Below, in pieces: positions 1-11,960 of a stretch of DNA of 64,000 nt. Position numbers and translations under genes: made by a program. Each line of letters opens with the position of its first letter. The first letter of the stretch is position 1. This DNA comes from Octopus vulgaris. Lineage: Eukaryota. The notes under the pieces are model-generated. The model ran no database searches, was not told where the DNA came from, and was given only the letters and a program-made list of their open reading frames with translations. The stretch is taken from positions 3,968,001 to 4,032,000 of the forward strand of contig OX597823.1 of the NCBI GenBank assembly GCA_951406725.2, read 5' to 3'.

Positions 1-351
1 TGATACTGCTAGTATATATATATTACACAAGAACAAATAAATGATAATGCCAACAGGAAGGAAACCATTTCCTGTAAAAATTTATAATCATGTAACTACC
101 TATTCATCTACATCTAAAAATGTGTGTGTGTGTGTGTATGCTCTTAGGTACAATTCATATGAGTAGATAGGTAAGATGAACAGCAGTATAAATATAGAGC
201 AAGATATACTGATAAACAGACAAGAGAACAAATGGATAGCTACAATGATAAACATTAACACACACGCATTTATATATTTAGTTTTACTGAAGCTGAAAAG
301 ACTAAACTGTTACTCAAACCTTCACTTAACTGATCATCAGACAATATATTT

Positions 352-741
352 TTGGATCTTTTCGGTTTGAATGGCAGTTTTTAACATAATTTCTAGGTAA
401 CTAAAAAATTTTAAATTTCGTATGCTGGTAGGATGTGTTTATAAAACATCTTTTTCTCTTGGCTTTATTGAGGAAATTCTATAGTTTGTAAGATATTTGT
501 TGTTGTTTTTCTTCAATTTCTGCAATTTCAACCAATCACCGACGTCTATTGAGGGAAAAAAACATTCTGTGCCGTATGAATATATCCCTCGTTTAAGAAA
601 CAGATTGGATTTATTTACATTTCTGAAGAAAAAAGATACCCTTCCTCCCGGAATCCTAACCCTAACCCTAAAACAGATTGAAATGCAATAAATCGATACT
701 AGGGTCATAATTATGGGTGACAATTTCATATGACACCGCTA
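352..741. mobile_element. Non-autonomous interspersed repeat containing (CCCTAA) motifs
   Basis: GGATCTTTTCGGTTTG start and CCTAACCCTAACCCTAA block resemble the starts and GGGTTAGGGTT motifs at 15700-15760. Class not determined. Confidence 0.4.
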
Positions 742-2254
742 TTTCCAACAGATTCCTGTTAGTTTCAAAAGTATGAATGCCCTGTCTGATCAGCTTTTAA
801 ATGTTTCTTTGATGAGTTGCTAAATAATTATCACTGCCACCATTCATATCTATTTACAAATGATAGTAAGTGTTCAAAATACAACTGTCTGATGATCAAT
901 TATATAAACTGGAGTAACAGTTTGTGAAGTCTTTACAGCTTCAATAAAACATCGATTTTCCCTACTTATAAATATATATATATATATACATGCACACACA
1001 CACATATATACATGCACACACACACACACACACACATAAAATGACAGATTAAAATAGATACTGTAACATAGATGCATATTTATGCCTGGATGAATAAGTA
1101 CTTTTATAACAATATATTTTTGCCGGAAGTCTTTTTCTTCCGGTTGGCATTCAAACATAATTTTATGTGTTTGTGTGTGAGTATGCTTACAAGTGTGCAA
1201 ATCCTTGCGAATGCATGCGTGTGTGCGTGTGTGTGTGTGTTCCATGTTGCTTTGGTTGCTACAAATAAACATTTATGCATATGTGTAATCTTGTAAAACC
1301 TGTAATATGGTTAGACAGTGACTAAACTCACATCCTCAACTTCTATCCCACTGTGTCCCAGTTCAGGTTACATGATTAGGAAAAGGTAGGGACCAGGGAT
1401 AGACTCAGTACTAACTTATTCCTCTTAAAGCAAAGTTTTTGTGCAGGTTTTTTAGTCACCATGTTTTCTTTTTGTTTTGTTTTTTTTATCTCAAATTCAG
1501 CATTATTCAATGTGGGTTGCTTACATTTTTATGCTCCTAGGGTGATTTGAAGGAGATATTCAGGGCAGACTCAATTATTATACATCTGAAAAAATTCACT
1601 GAAAACATTTTATAAACTTTAAATCATAGTTCAAGTTTGACCGATGACTTCATTTTATTGTGATATGGTCAAGAGGAGTAAGTTGGTAGGACTTCTTGAG
1701 ACAACCAGATGTGTTGAGTTTTGTAAGTTCAAAAACAGTGTTTCTTTCATTTTATTTCTTTTTTTATTACATGAATTTGTGAAAAATAACTTGGATGTTA
1801 TGAAGTGGTTTCCGACAGACCAACAGTTTCAAGAGGCAAAAGTTTAAGTGAAAAGGTCTAGATATAAATGGCAATATCAGAATTATAAAAATTAGCCCAT
1901 ATTAAATTTATGAGTACAGGCAGCAAGGCCAATAGAAGAGCAGAAAAACCAGCAAATGGATAGTTTGTCTATTGTTATACTGTTAGAGGATCTGGTTCAA
2001 GTAGATAGCCAATATGTTTAATCTCCAAAAGGCTTAACCCAACTAGACTGTTCAGTTTTATAAAACTAATAGGTTTAATACAGAGGGTTTTTTTTCTTTT
2101 GTTATTCATTAATTTTTGCCACTTTTTTAAGTCATTCATAAAAAAAAGTAACCTCAGTTATGTTATGAAGTGAAAGAGGTTTCAAAGGGGTCTGAAAAGA
2201 AGAATAAGTGAGATATAACTGATCATATCAAAATTATAGTAATTGGCTAATATT

Positions 2255-2474
2255 TATTTCTTTATTGCTCACAGGGGGCTAAACATAGAGGGGACAAACA
2301 AAAGGATTAAGTCGATTACATCGACCCAGTACATAACTGGTACTTATTTAATCGACCCCAAAAGGATGAAAAGCAAAGTTGATCTTGGCTGAATTTGAAC
2401 TCAGAACATAGCGGCAGCAGAAATACGGCTAAGCATTTTGCCCAGCATGCTAACGATTCTGCCAGCTCGCCGCC
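2255..2474 (-). mobile_element. tRNA-derived SINE family A (GGCGAGCTGGCAGAA head; CCTTTCATCCTTTCGGGGTCGAT core)
   Basis: Reverse complement of the family seen at 5016, 14112 and 26596; B-box-like GAGTTCAAATTC. Confidence 0.85.
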
Positions 2475-2549
2475 AATATTAAATGTAAGGATGCAGACCA
2501 CTGGGCTAATAGTGGCGCACAAAACCAGCCAATAAATAGATAACCTTGC

Positions 2550-2862
2550 ACTCCATTTGTTACAACAATGAGGGTTCTAGTTGATCGAAACAACAGAACA
2601 GCCTGTTTGTGAAATTAATGTGCAAGTGGCTGAGCACTCCACAGACATATGTACTCTTAACATATTTCTCAACGAATCAGCATGACACAGAATCTGACAA
2701 GGCTAGCCCTCTTGAATTACTGGTACAACTCATTTTTGCCAGCTGAGCAGACTGCAACAGCATGAAATAAAGAGTCTAGCTCAAGGACACAATGCATCAC
2801 CAGGAATTGAACTCACAACCTTATGATCATGAGCCAATTACCCAAACTACTAAGCCATGTGC
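2550..2862 (-). mobile_element. tRNA-derived SINE family C (GTGTCCTTGAGCAAGACAC core)
   Basis: Homologous to 20775-21090 (-) and 53835-54150 (+); A-box TGGCTTAGTAGTT and B-box GAGTTCAATTCC on the minus strand. Confidence 0.8.
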
Positions 2863-3419
2863 CTTCCCAATAAATAGATAGACAGTTCATACATTGTTAT
2901 AGGCTCTGTTCTGGTTCTTAAGCCAATAAACTTATTCCTCAAAAGGTTCTGTTTGCCTGTCTGAAAATAGTAACTACAAAGCAAGAACAAATTACTTTTA
3001 TTATTGTTGTTTAGCTCCAGGTCAACACTGGTTGAGCAGACCTATGATCAAAATCATTCCAGTCTTGACCATCCTGTCTTTAGGGAATTAATTAGACAAC
3101 ATTATATAATGTTTGTTCTTGCTTTTATTGTCATCATGTAGGATAATGTTCCCTCTTAGTTTTTTACTGTAGATGTGTGCAAATCTTGACTTCCTTTGCA
3201 AAGTATGTTTGCATCTATGCATGAATCCATCACTCAGATTTCTTCAATTAAAGACAAATTGATTTCATCTCAAAAGTTTTGTGCAACTTGTAAAATGTCT
3301 ATGCATGCATAAGTGCACAGCTTAGAGGCAACTAGAGTAGGATAGCTTAAGAGAGATGTGGATGCTATTTCTTACAGGTGAAGCAACCATGTTGAAGTCC
3401 CCTGTATTTAAATTAATGG

Positions 3420-3925
3420 GAGATCGTAACCGTGGCCTATGCCTGTGCAGCATAACCAGCCCGTCTAAGAGTACCCTTCAATCTTTGGGCAATAAACTGC
3501 ACTTGTGAAGACCTGTTGAAGTGAAGTTGTTGTGGCACCTATGCTGGTGGCACGTAAAAGGCACCGTTTTAGCATGATCAATGCCAGTGCCAACTGACTG
3601 GCTTCCATGCCGGTGGCATGTAATAAGTACCATTTGAGCGTGTTCGTTGCCAGTGCCGCCTGACTGGCTCCCATGCCGGTGGCACGTAAAAAGCACTATC
3701 CAAGCGTGGCTGATGCCAGTACCGCCTGACTGGCCCTCGTGCCGGTGGAATGTAAAAAACACCCACTACACTCTCAGAGCGGTTGGCGTTAGGAAGGACA
3801 TCCAGTAGTAGAAACATTGCCAGATCGGATTGGAGCCTGGTGCAGCCTTCTGGCTCCCTAGCCCTCAGTCAAACCGTCCAACCCATGCCAGCATGGAAAG
3901 CGAATTTTAAACGCCAATGATGATA
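3420..3925 (+). mobile_element. RTE-LINE 3'-UTR-related repeat with internal ~60-bp tandem units
   Basis: Ends CCATGCCAGCATGGAAA...ATGATGAT like the RTE tail at 51284. GCCGGTGGCACGTAAAAAGCAC-like unit recurs about four times at 3540-3760. Confidence 0.7.
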
Positions 3926-4847
3926 ATGGTTCTTTGTTAGCTTGTAGTTCTCAACTGAACTCTTCTCATGGAGCTGGAGATGGTCCTGCTCATATTTTGA
4001 GTTGAAATCCTGCTGAGTCAGTTTTGTTGATAGAATATAGTTCTGGTCCAGGGTGGTGGATTGAGGGATTTGGCTTTTTAAGTTCTAAGTTGCTGATGAA
4101 ATGCTTGTCAACCTGTAAAACGTGACAGATTTGTGCTGTATCTCATACATATATGCGTGTGTGAATCGGCCATGACCAACGACTTCATAAAATATTAACT
4201 GCTCAAAACAAACAAAAATTAGAGTGTGCTTTTTTTCAGATGTATGAACAACTGACTCACACACATATCCTATTATCAATTACACTTGCATTCGTCTTTC
4301 ACCTCTTATCGCTATTCTCGAATAGAAATAATGAGTTGTCAATTTAGTTGTCCCTCATCAAGATGACGGGGGGGGGGATGTAATAAAGATACTGTGACAG
4401 CAAGCAGTGATGAAATAGACATCTTAGCGCCTTCAATGGTATTTTGAAACTATTTAAAGATTGAGTATCTTAGTCGCTTGGTCTCGCATACTTCATAATG
4501 AACGCCTTAGTGATTAGATAGAATTACTCTTGTGTATTGAAGCAGAAGATTACAAGATACAAGACACATACATACACACTCACGCATAATCACTACTATC
4601 ACCATAACCCCAAACCATAGACATTCACACACCTACACATAGACATATATTAACAGACATTCATACACACATATGTATCTGTATGTTTAAGTGTGTGTGT
4701 GTGTGTGTGTGCCTGTGTGTGTGTGTGTATCGTTTGTAGAAAATATAAATCCGAAAGAAGCACACTAAGATGTAATGCGGTATATATTAACAATGGAAAG
4801 GCCGGTTTATGTGATGTTATGAAATCTTTTATTTATTTATTTATTTA

Positions 4848-5410
4848 TGGCTGTGTGGTATGTAACATGCATACCAACCACATGGTCCTGGGTTCAGTCC
4901 CACTGCGTGGCACCTTGGGCAAGTGTCTTCTACTATAGCCTCAGGCCGACCAAAGCCTTGTGTGTGGATTTGCTAGACGGAAACTGGAAGAAGCACATTG
5001 TATATGTGTGTGTCGCGGCAAGCTGGCAGAAACATTAGCACGCCGGGCGAAATGCGTAGCCGTATTTCATCTGCCGTTACGTTCTGAGTTCAAATTCCGC
5101 CGAGGTCAACTTTGCCTTTCATCCTTTCGGGGTCGATTAAATAAGTACCAGTTACGCACTGGAGTCGATATAATCGACTTAATCCGTTTGTCTGTCCTTG
5201 TTTGTCCCTCTGTGTGTAGCCCCTTGTGGGTGATAAAGAAATAGGTATTTAGTCTGTTTTTATGTTCTGAGTTCAAATTCCGCTGAGGTCAACTTTGCCT
5301 TTCATCTTTTCGGGGTCGATAAATTAAGTACCAGTTGCGTACTGAGTCGATCTAATCGACTGGTCCCCCCTCCCCAAAAATTTCAGGCCTTATGCCTAGA
5401 CTAGAAAAGA
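4848..5410 (+). mobile_element. CORE-like SINE B followed by a family A SINE dimer
   Basis: GGCTGTGTGGTA...GGCACCTTGGGCAAGTGTCTT (4848-5010), then GGCAAGCTGGCAGAAACATTAGC with two copies of the CCTTTCATC core. Confidence 0.85.
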
Positions 5411-6071
5411 ATATATGTAGGTGCATGTATCTATATATGTGAGTGTGTGTATTAGTATTGTTGTGCATGCATCTGTGTGTATATGTGTGTGTGGGTGTAT
5501 ATATATATATTCATAAATACATACCATACTACACATACGCACGCATACACACCCACACATACATACGTACACGCACAAACACACGGAAGTTGAGTGTTTG
5601 CTCTGGCTGACATTTTCGGCAAAGATCAGCCCATTTCAAAAGAATTAACATCCGCCTTGCTACTCTATAATGATATTACATACAATAAAGTGACTACAAT
5701 AAAGAAATTGTGAAGGGCGGGATGAAACTTTTCACTTCATTAGTTCTCATGTTAAACACAATTCAATGAATTCATTATATAAACCCTTCTTTTTACAAAC
5801 CTCAAACTATTGACGGCTCATAATGAAAGTCTTCATTAATAAGCACTGTTAACGTGTACTTGGCTTGACTTCAAAGTGTGCGGCCCCAGTAGTTGAGGTT
5901 TCAACAATGTCTTGAAGCAGGTTTTATAGAGCAATGGTGTCTGGCTTTTTAATTTTATGCCACGCAGAGGATTAAATTAAAAACAAAAACAATTAAAGGC
6001 ACATTTTCCAAGAAAACTTAAAAAAAAGGAAAAAAATAGGTAAATTGCCAGAGGATGTTCTCTCTCTCATC

Positions 6072-6073
<2 letters not shown>

Positions 6074-6102
<29 letters not shown>

Positions 6103-6145
6103 TGTATGTATGTATGTATGTATGTATGTATGTATGTATGTATGT
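6074..6145. repeat. (TATG)n microsatellite
   Basis: Direct observation; explains the VCMY/YIHT ORFs. Confidence 0.95.
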
Positions 6146-6349
6146 ATATGCATATATACATGCATATATGGGTACAGAACACAAAAAAAAACATAGACGC
6201 AATGAGAAATGAAAACATAAAAACAAAAACAGAAAACGAACTTTTTTTTCGAACAACGAAAAAAAAACGAAGAAACGAGACAAGCAACATAAAGAACATT
6301 CCCTTCATCAGTTGTCCCCTGTTTTATCTACTCCGCATTTCGAAGGTAA

Positions 6350-6399
<50 letters not shown>

Positions 6400-6407
<8 letters not shown>

Positions 6408-6781
6408 CTGAAGTTGTCTGTGTATGGCAGGTTTGGTAGCCTTCAACGAACACTATCTCCTCTGAGATTTTGTGGTGCAAGTTGACCAAAATTGAGAGTA
6501 TGGTAGAAGAAGGCTTGCTCTTCCTTCCGTAGCAGATAAAATTCAAATCGGACCATGTTAACACCAAAAATTATTTACATGAAAAAGGTGCTTTTTTCTA
6601 TGAAAATCCCTATTTTTTACGTTTTTTTGACTGCTGTGTTGCCATTTTTCGGTGTATTTCAACCAGAAAAATGTTCACTTAAAGAAAATAACAAGCTACA
6701 TGATGCAAAATTTTTACTTTTCAAAAATTTCAGTTCTAAAGGGTCAAAACAAACCCGAGCAATGGCGGGCGATACTGTTAG
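6400..6781 (+). mobile_element. Non-autonomous Helitron-like element in (TA)n
   Basis: 3' GC hairpin CCCGAGCAATGGCGGG (6754-6769) then GATACTGTTAG|T. The same 3' end with intact CTAG (GATACTGCTAG|TATATA) is at window positions 2-12. Starts TATATAAAGCTG out of a TA run. Confidence 0.65.
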
Positions 6782-7081
6782 TATATATATATATATATAT
6801 TATCTAAAACAGTTTGATTCGGTTCAGTGCTACTTCAAGTTTCGCAGGCCCCGAACGGGAGCCCGATTCCTTCAGGCTTCTGGAATGCCGAATGAAGAGA
6901 CCAGTAAACGTGTGTGTATACACGCACAATATTTAGATTTGCCTATTTAGTGACACTGGTGCAACGTGGGTATATTGGCAACATATATGGAGAAAATGAG
7001 CATATGTATAAATAAATATTTATTTATTATATGTGAATATGTGTGTGTGTGTCCAGCTATGGACACACACATTATATACAA

Positions 7082-7124
<43 letters not shown>

Positions 7125-7126
<2 letters not shown>

Positions 7127-7552
7127 AAGCAAAAAAAAATTTTAACCCCCAAAAATTTTAGGTTGAAAATTTTGTGGCACTGGGAAACCACTCTAATGAC
7201 TATTGAGGCACACCAACACGCTTGCAGCATTGGCGAGGCTGATGCGCTGGAAAAACCTAGCGTCCTCATTTGTGTAACATTGTCCGTTTTTTTCCGTCCT
7301 TGTTTTTGTATACATTCGCCGCTTTCTTCCAAGGAATCTAATGCTCTTAGCTTAGTTTTTCCTTGAGGCTGGCCAGATTGGAGCAATCTCAAGAATAATC
7401 AGCCGGAATTGTGAGGATAATCTGGTGTTTAACTGAGGAAAGAAAATTTCGAATGACCCGTCCTTGTTTTCTTATATCGTTTATCTGGATGTTTTGTTGT
7501 CCTTTTTTTGTATCACCTAGCTGTCCGGATGTTTTGTACTCTTGTCCCATTT

Positions 7553-7555
<3 letters not shown>
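7125..7555 (+). mobile_element. Interspersed repeat in (TA)n, possibly Penelope-like pLTR fragment
   Basis: 7390-7550 is homologous to 8820-8945 in reverse orientation (TAATCAGCC..AATTG.GAGGAT...GAATGACCCGTCC); flanked by TA microsatellites. Confidence 0.5.
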
Positions 7556-7594
<39 letters not shown>

Positions 7595-7648
7595 AAATAT
7601 TAAAATTACTAAGTCTCTCTAAAAGAGATTACGACAGCGTTACTGGAA

Positions 7649-8069
7649 ATTAATTGTTATCGCCATATTAATATGGCAATCTTATAGATATAAGACTAAA
7701 AGCTGTCGCTGATTAGCTCCATGAGGCCATCGCCTTAAGCTAGCTATATGACACACAAACTATGTCCATTAGAACCTTCGAACAAGGGAGGTCAGCCGCT
7801 TCACACTGATAGTCAGACAGCTACAGACGCGTTTCAGGGTATTTGCCCCTTGTCAATGTAGCAAATACCCTGAAACGCGTCTGACTAGCAGTGTGAAGCG
7901 TCTGACTAGCAGTGTGAAGCGGCTGACCTCCCTTGTTCGAAGGTTCTAATAGACACAGTTTGTGTGTCATATAGCTAGCTTAAGGCGATGGCCTCATGGA
8001 GCTAATCAGCGACAGCTTTTAGTCTTATATCTATAAGATTGCCATATTAATATGGCGATAACAATTAAT
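7649..8069. repeat. Long near-perfect inverted repeat (~200-bp arms, 14-nt spacer 7847-7860)
   Basis: ATTAATTGTTATCGCCATATTAATATGGCAATC... is mirrored by ...GATTGCCATATTAATATGGCGATAACAATTAAT, with few mismatches and a small duplication in the right arm. Confidence 0.95.
7820..7862 (-). ncRNA. Degenerate minimal type I hammerhead ribozyme (Penelope-like element type)
   Basis: Minus strand GCTACA-TTGACAA-GGGGCAAATACCCT-GAAAC-GC-GTC-TGTAGC: perfect 6-bp stem I, stem II, GAAA, palindromic ACGCGT stem III, GUC cleavage triplet. The core differs from CUGANGA by two transitions. Confidence 0.65.
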
Positions 8070-8072
8070 ATA

Positions 8073-8126
<54 letters not shown>

Positions 8127-9439
8127 GCTTACATATACACACATTTTTTGTTGATGTATACTGATAAAGGATGAGAAAATTGTAATTTTTTAAAGATATA
8201 TTAATTCTACCTATGTATGCTTAACAAAATTATGAATAACAGTTTTTCTAGATATAAGAGCAGTAATATGGATTTTCTAAAACCTTAAATGATATTTTTT
8301 TAAATGTAGCACATTTAGGTGCTCTCAACAGTCAAAGTTCTCAATCTTTTTTAAAATGTTTTAAATTAGATGTTTGAAACAAAAATTTTGAATAATGCAA
8401 GTGAGGAGATAAGCAAAATATGATGACATCAATAAATGAAAGCAAAGAGAGAAGATACTGCCCAACACAGATTATTAATGATCTTATAACATTTTGGAGA
8501 AAATTCCCCTTCTCAAATAGAAAGAAAATGAAGAATTTACTGTTATTGAAGCCACTCTAGTGGGTTGTAAGATATAAAGTTAAACATTTATTTAAAAAAT
8601 TAATAAAGAAAATTATTGCTTATAATAATTTCACTTCTATGTAACAAAATATAATTCATTTTCCACCATCTAAAAAATCAGTATGGAATGCAGTATAAAT
8701 ATAATTTTTACCCCCATATAGTGAGCTTAATTTATATTTCCTTTGAGTAATTTTGTAAAAAGACATTTCATATATATGTTTGTGTGTGTGTGCACGTGTG
8801 TATGTATATATATAAAAAAAATTCAATTGGGACAAGAACGCAAAACATCCAAATAGACGATACAAAAAATACGGACGGGTCATTCAAAGCCTTTAATCTT
8901 CAGTCAAGAATCGGATAATCCTCGCAATTTTGGCTGATTAATCTTCACACACACACACACACACACAACTTTTTTCCATGTAAAAAATTGTTTGCATGTA
9001 TATAGGCAGTTCCTGTGATGCAACTGTTGTGACACTGGCTGCCACTTACAAGACTACTTGTTCAAATCACATTGGATTTATAGATTTCTTGTCTAATCAC
9101 AATACAAACCCACTGACCTAAACTTTTAAACGATTATATTTCCATATATATTTATACACCTGTAAAGAGAGAGTGAGAGAGACAACCATTAAAAATTTAA
9201 CTACAAAAGATCAAAGCAAGCAAGTATTTTTAATATCAGCGTAAAACCATGTTTAAAATTAATGCTGAACACATTTTATGTCTAATACCTCCTTGGACAC
9301 ATATCTTTATTTATTTAACTGTTTTACATCATGTTACATAGTACTTCACTATATTTATTCAACTAGAATTTTTTGATGTATGACAAGATATACAAATTAC
9401 CTTAATCTCTCTCTCTCTTTCCTTCCTTCTTACTAAGGT

Positions 9440-9826
9440 ATACATTGTTTGGTTGGTGTTTGGCAGAATCATTAGAGAAATTAGGCAAATTGCTTTGCAG
9501 TATTTGTTCCAAATCTTTTATGTTCTGAGTTCAAAGCATTCCAAATCATTGCTTTTAATTCTTGCAGGGTTGATAAAATAAACATGAAGTAACAGGGTCA
9601 GTATTGGTTAATCCCATCCCCTAAAAATCACTGGCCCGTGTGTCTAAATCAGAAACCATTATTATTCAAAATTCATCAAGGTCAACTTTGCCTTAAATTC
9701 TTTTGAGGTCAATAAAATAAAGTACTAGTCAAGTACTGAGGTCAGAAGTATCAACTAATCCCTGTTGCTCAAAATTTCTGGCCATGTGCTTAAATCACTA
9801 ACTATTATTATTATTATTAATTATTA

Positions 9827-9870
<44 letters not shown>

Positions 9871-10320
9871 GGCAGCAAGCTGGCAGAACCATTAGTATAT
9901 CAGACAAAATGCTTAGCAGCTTTTCATCTACCATCGTGTTCTGAGTTCAAATGCTGTCAAAGTCAACTTTGCATTTCATCCTTTTGGGGTCAATAAATTA
10001 AATACCAGTGAAACACTGTATCGATGTAATCGACTAACCCCTGCTCAACAAATTTCAGGTTTTGTGTCTTTAGCAGAATGGATTATTATTATTAATATAA
10101 TTATTATTATTATTAAAGCAACGTACTGGCAGAATTGTTGGCATGTCAAACAAAATGCTTTCATCTGCCTTTGCATTCTGAGTTCAAATGCCGCCAAGGT
10201 CAACATTGCCTTTCATCCTTTCGGGGTTGATGAAATAAGTACTAGTTATGCACTAGAGTCAATGTTATCAACTTGCCCCCACCCTCAAAAGTTCAGACAT
10301 TGTGCCTATAGTAGAAAGGA
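9440..10320 (+). mobile_element. Head-to-tail array of diverged family A SINEs separated by (ATT)n
   Basis: About four repeats of TGGCAGAA...TTCTGAGTTCAAA...CATCCTTT.GGGGT. Confidence 0.8.
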
Positions 10321-11128
10321 TTATTATTATTATTATTATTATTATTGAGGGAAAGAACAGTGCATGCCATCAAAGTAACACTGAGGTACAAATATACGAA
10401 GCTCACTATACCCATCATGACTACCTGTCTAATAAGGTTACGCCAGGCGCATGCATCACAACCATATATGCGCGACATAGTAATTTCATATTAAGATATA
10501 CAGCACATGACCTTGCAGGTGGGACCCAGTTAGAATTTTTTCAGATTGAGTAGCCCATCCTGCTCAAAAGGTCCCTGAATAAGGTTTGTTTAAGGATGAT
10601 GAACAAAACACCCATGTTTCCAGAGGTGAATTATTCACACCCCAAAGAATTCCTCTCAACACATGGCTATGATGCTCCATCACTACTTCTTATTTCTTTA
10701 TTGCCCACAAGGGGCTAAACATAGAAAGGACAAACAAGGACAGACAAAGGGATTAAGTTGGTTACATTGACCCCAGTGCATAACTGGTACTTAATTTATC
10801 GACCCTGAAAGGATGAAAGGCAAAGTCGACCTCAGCGGAATTTGAACTCAGAACGTAACAGCAGATGAAATACTGCTAAGTATTTTGCCCAGCATGCTAA
10901 CATTTCTGCCAGCTCCCCCACTACTTCTGCTCGCGATCAGAGATGCACATATCATCAGCCACTAAGGGACATGCTCAACTGGTGAAGGTCAAGCAACTGA
11001 CAAGTAAATCTGTGGTATTGAGCAGAATATTTGCTGTAGCCCATCTTTTATACCAAGACAAAACAATGTACATGATAACACTTCCAATCAGTTAAGAACA
11101 AAAGCCATGAGAGCCACTGCCTGGTAAT
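10320..11128 (-). mobile_element. Non-coding retroposon-like repeat with (AAT)n end, interrupted by a family A SINE (10691-10915)
   Basis: Homologous to 27585-27870 in the opposite orientation. The inserted SINE is bracketed by the duplicated target CACTACTTCT (10681-10690 and 10919-10928). Confidence 0.75.
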
Positions 11129-11147
11129 TACTATTGTAACATAATTA

Positions 11148-11960
11148 AAGCAGTGAGCTGGGAGAATTCTTAACATACCAGGCAAAAAACTTATTGGCAT
11201 TTCATCCAGCTTAACATTCTGAGTTCAAATTCCACAGTCGGTGACTGTGCATTTCATCCCCTTGGAGTTGATAAAATAAATACCAGTTATGTACTAGAGT
11301 CAATGTAATCAACTAGCACCTCCAGAATTTCAGGCCTTACACCTATAATAGAAAGGATTATTTTTATAATTATTCAAATTTTTTATGTTCTGAGTTCAAA
11401 TTCCAACAAGGTCGACTTTGCCTTTCATCTTTTTGGGGTTGATAAATTAAGTACAAGTCACATACTGGGTCGATCTAATTGACTGCCCCCCCCCCTCTCC
11501 CTCAAAATTTCAGGTATTGTGCCTAGAGCAGCAGAAAAGAATAAAATAAAATACCAGCCAAGTACTAGGTCAGTGGTATTGACTAATCTCTTCTCTTTAA
11601 AATTACAGGCATGGCTGTGTGATAAGAAGCTTGCTTCCCAACCACATGGTTCCGGGTTCAATCCCACCGTGTGGCACCTTGGATAGGTGTCTTCTGCTAT
11701 AGCTTCAGGCCAACCAAAGCCTTGTGAGTGGATCTGGTAGACAGAAACTGAAAGAAGCTCATCATGTGTGTGTGTTTGTGAGTCTGTGTTTGTCCACCCA
11801 CCATTGCTTGACAACTGATGTTTGTGTATTTACATCCCCATAACTTAGTGGTTCAACAAAAGAGGCTAATAGAATAATTACTAGGCTTACAAAGAATAAG
11901 TCCTGGGGTTAATTTATCCAACTAAAGGTGGTGCCCCAGCATGACTGAAACAAATAAAGA
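11148..11960 (+). mobile_element. Family A SINE copies followed by CORE-like SINE B
   Basis: Family A cores at about 11250 and 11420; GGCTGTGTGATAAGAAGCTTGCTTCCCAACCAC head at about 11613. Confidence 0.8.

Noticed and set aside
874-965. Minus-strand ENRCFIEAVKTSQTVTPVYIID resembling a photolyase/cryptochrome N-terminus
   Set aside because: Stops a few codons later, lacks a good acceptor or donor, and no other photolyase exons were seen.
3540-3760. Regularly spaced repeats resembling a CRISPR array
   Set aside because: Eukaryotic context, spacers are homologous to each other, no cas genes; it is a minisatellite in a retroposon 3' region.
6290-6350. Permuted hammerhead (minus-strand CCTTCGAAATGCGG...CTGATGAAGGG)
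   Set aside because: Core words are present but stems I and III could not be formed convincingly.
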